From NCBI GenBank assembly GCA_950097015.1, contig CATNEN010000001.1:13516001-13580000 (forward strand): a stretch of DNA of 64,000 bases, read 5' to 3'. Under the pieces are notes generated by a model. The model had not been told where the DNA came from. It searched no databases and worked only from the letters and a program-made list of their open reading frames with translations. This document shows positions 61,218 to 64,000 of this stretch, piece by piece. Within the stretch, counting starts at the first letter, position 1, and the number at the start of each line of letters is the position of its first letter. This stretch comes from Macrostomum hystrix (Eukaryota > Animalia > Platyhelminthes). Made by a program: the position numbers and the translations under genes.

Positions 61218-64000
61218 ATGGCACTCCCATTTCTGCCAGGAAATTCTTTTAGCAAGAATGTAAGTTCACTTTTATCTAAATAAAAAATGTTACAACACGC
61301 ATTGTTTGGGACAAACACAGTTTTTATCGTCTGGTATGCTTTCAACCGCATATTATGTTAGCTTTTTAAAACCAAAGCACAAGGAAGTATATGAAACATT
61401 TTAAAATATGAATTAAGAGAAGACACACCAGAAGAATCTGAGTTTTTGTCAAACATAAATAGTAGCTGATACAAATCACAGATAATAGTTATACGTTTTC
61501 ATAAACTCAAGAGTTTTAACATCTCCTAATAAAAATAATTATAAGCTAGACCTAGTAAGGTATGCATTGAACAAGTAAATAAAAAATGAAAAATAAAATG
61601 GTTAATTCTAGTGTCAATCAGCTTTTCATTTTCAAAGCAGTAGAAGAAAGTAATACAAAATAGAAAAAATTCTTACAATGAATAATAAATCAGGTAGAAC
61701 TGTTTTGAAATAAATATATAAATATGTACAAATTCCATCGTAAACTTGAAGTTAAATTTTCTATTCTATTTTCTTATTAAAGCTTTAACTTAAAAAACTT
61801 AAATGGAAATGCAATTTTTTAATGACTAACGATTATAATAGCAGTATGAATTGCACCATTTTTTGAAAAAAAGCCTCACAAACAAAACGTATAAATGCGA
61901 AATTTCTCCAAACATTTCTCGTACAGTTGGGCAAGGACAAGTACCACAAGAGCCACTACTTCGACCACAAGAATGAGACGCCGTTCCTGTTTGGCGACAA
62001 CAAGCCTGGCATCGGCGGCGACCCACTGCCCGGCCAGCGCATCGACCCGCCCAACAGCAAGATCCCACCTGGCGAGGGCAGCCGCTCGCCCGCCTGGGTG
62101 GCCTTTGACAAGCAGGTGCTGTCATTCGACGCCTACTTCCAGGAGAGCGTTCAGGAGAGACGTGAGGAGCAGTACCGCGTGCGGCATTGCAAGATCTACT
62201 TTTACCTGGAGGATGACTCCATTCAGGTAGGTTAAACTCATTTTAATATTAGTCATTTATCTAGTTTCAATATCTAAAAAACTGCCACTTAACCTCAACT
62301 CGCCGCCCAGGTAATCGAAGCACGCTTGAAGAACAGCGGCCTGCCCCAGGGCACCCTGGTTCGACGCCACCGTATTCCAAAGCCGGCGCCCAACGACAAT
62401 CGATTCTTCACCGTCGAGGACTTCAACGTTGGTCAGAACATCAGCTTCTACGGCAAGACCTTCCGCATCACCGGCTGCGATCAGTTCACGGAGAATTTCC
62501 TACGCAAGCTGGGCGTCCGCATCGGCCTGCCGGAGTCCCAACCGAGCGACCCGTATGGCGATCATCGCAAGGCGGTAAGCGATTTTTTAAATAATCCGCT
62601 AACCTCTATGACATCCTGTCATTTCTACTTGAAGTAGTGCGAATAACAACTCTGGGAAATCAATTACAGCTGGACGAGTCCATGCAGCCTCTGCGACCCT
62701 ACGAGCGTCACGATACGCTGCGCCAGTTCCTGGATCACGATCGTCACGTGCTGCGCTTCTTCTGCTGCTGGGACGACACTGACTCTCTGTACGGCGACAA
62801 CCGCGAGATGGTGATGCACTACTTCCTGTCCGATGACACTGTCGAAATTCGCGAAGTTGTCAAGGCCAACAGCGGCCGAGACGCCGCGCCTTGCTTCCTG
62901 CGTCGTCAGCAGCTGCCGAAGAATCTTGAAGCTCTTCGCCAGCCTGGCGAGCTGTGCGACCGGACTGTGCTGAATGTTTTCGGCGAGATTCAGGGCGGCC
63001 GCTACATCCTGGACAATCTGAAGGTGCTTACAATGCCGCACTTAAAACCTTTTAGTACTGGGATCTTCGATCTGGGATCTTCGATCTGGGATCTTCGATC
63101 TGGGATCTTCGATCTGGGATCTTCGATCTGGGATCTTCGATCTGGGATCTTCGATCTGGGATCTTCGATCTGGGATCTTCGATCTGGGATCTTCGATCTG
63201 GGATCTTCGATCTGGGATCTTCGATCTGGGATAAAGGTGTTATCTTGAGCTGCATTGCATCAGAAAGTAACGCTATCATTAATCCATTTAAACGCAGACT
63301 GGAACAGTGAAGCTCGAATTTTACAACGACAAAGACCTGACTGTGGGCTCCTTCATCAACGTTTTTGGCCGCAAGTTCCTTCTATGCGACTGCGACGAAT
63401 TCACAAGGGAGTACTACACCACCAAATACGGCATCAGTGAGTGACTGATTCTCCCAGACTGTTCAGAACGGTTGCTATCAGAAAGTTTGTTCAAGTAAAA
63501 TCGTACTCTACTGATACAAAAAAACGCATTGAACATTGCAGCCGAGTTCCACCCAATCACCAGGAAGAAGGCGACTGGTGGAGCCTGTCCTACCGGGGGT
63601 GAGCGATCAATAATTAATCGAGATTTTATCGGTGCCATGAATCAGTGCAGAGTTAAGTGTCTTTCTAGAAGGACAAAAATTGTTTCATCGGAGTCGGGAA
63701 TCGAACTCCCGACCTTGAAGTCCAACTCTCTAACCACTAGGCTATCCCCCACAAAAAATGTGTAGTGACCTCCAAGTCCACGGACCTTTTGAAAGTGCCA
63801 TAGCCTTATTCTATCTACTGGATTATTCTATCACTATCTATTCTGAGCCCGAAATTATGCATTCCAGACAGTGGACCGCCCTACAATGGCTTCGGCTCGG
63901 AGGAGGACTCCATGGCCAACACCAAGGGCCTGATTCCCGCGCCGCCGCGCAAGAACATTGTCCAGCTGATCGAGAAGGATCGCCAGGGCCTCGAGTCGCA
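61218..64000 (+). CDS. EFHC2: EF-hand domain-containing family member C2 (DM10-domain axonemal protein), 5' part; exons 61218-61259, 61927-62226, 62311-62574, 62670-63023, 63298-63436, 63542-63598, 63868->end
   Basis: N-terminus MALPFLPGNSF..LGKDKYHKSH; DM10 motifs PAWVAFDKQVLSFDAYF, YFYLEDDSIQV.E...NSGLPQG, FLDHDRHVLRF, NSGRDA, PPYNGFGSEEDS. Confidence 0.9.
63058..63231. repeat. 14-bp intronic tandem repeat (ggatcttcgatctg)
   Basis: About 12 perfect units. Confidence 0.93.
63688..63750 (-). mobile_element. tRNA-like head (probable SINE fragment, second family) in an EFHC2 intron
   Basis: Minus strand GGGGATAGCCTAGTGGTTAG...GGGAGTTCGATTCCC: A and B boxes present, anticodon arm shortened. 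Confidence 0.5.

Overview
Eukaryotic (metazoan) genomic DNA. GC-rich exons, AT-rich spacers and introns filled with minisatellites suggest a flatworm such as Macrostomum; this is inference only. Host genes, reconstructed by hand from GT-AG junctions: an SLC23 nucleobase/ascorbate transporter (-), AP-3 delta adaptin, an ankyrin-DHHC palmitoyltransferase, an NR1J/HR96-type nuclear receptor, a choline-phosphate cytidylyltransferase and the 5' part of EFHC2 (all +). The most notable structure is at 11.2-27.4 kb (- strand): a complete U5 snRNA gene (27244-27362) followed by a head-to-tail array of a Jockey-like non-LTR retrotransposon. Each (AAC)n 3' tail is joined to U5 at the same base just after loop 1, and each copy begins with the 3' 72 nt of U5, so the upstream U5 stays whole and the target is regenerated. 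ORF1 of the element carries an intact AlkB-family 2OG-Fe(II) dioxygenase domain, apparently under purifying selection, plus an RG-rich tract and three zinc knuckles. One copy is interrupted by a second, RNase H-bearing LINE with a 13-bp TSD. Also present: a SINE-headed insertion whose TSD supplies both splice sites of an AP3D1 intron, and an internally deleted Tc1 element.
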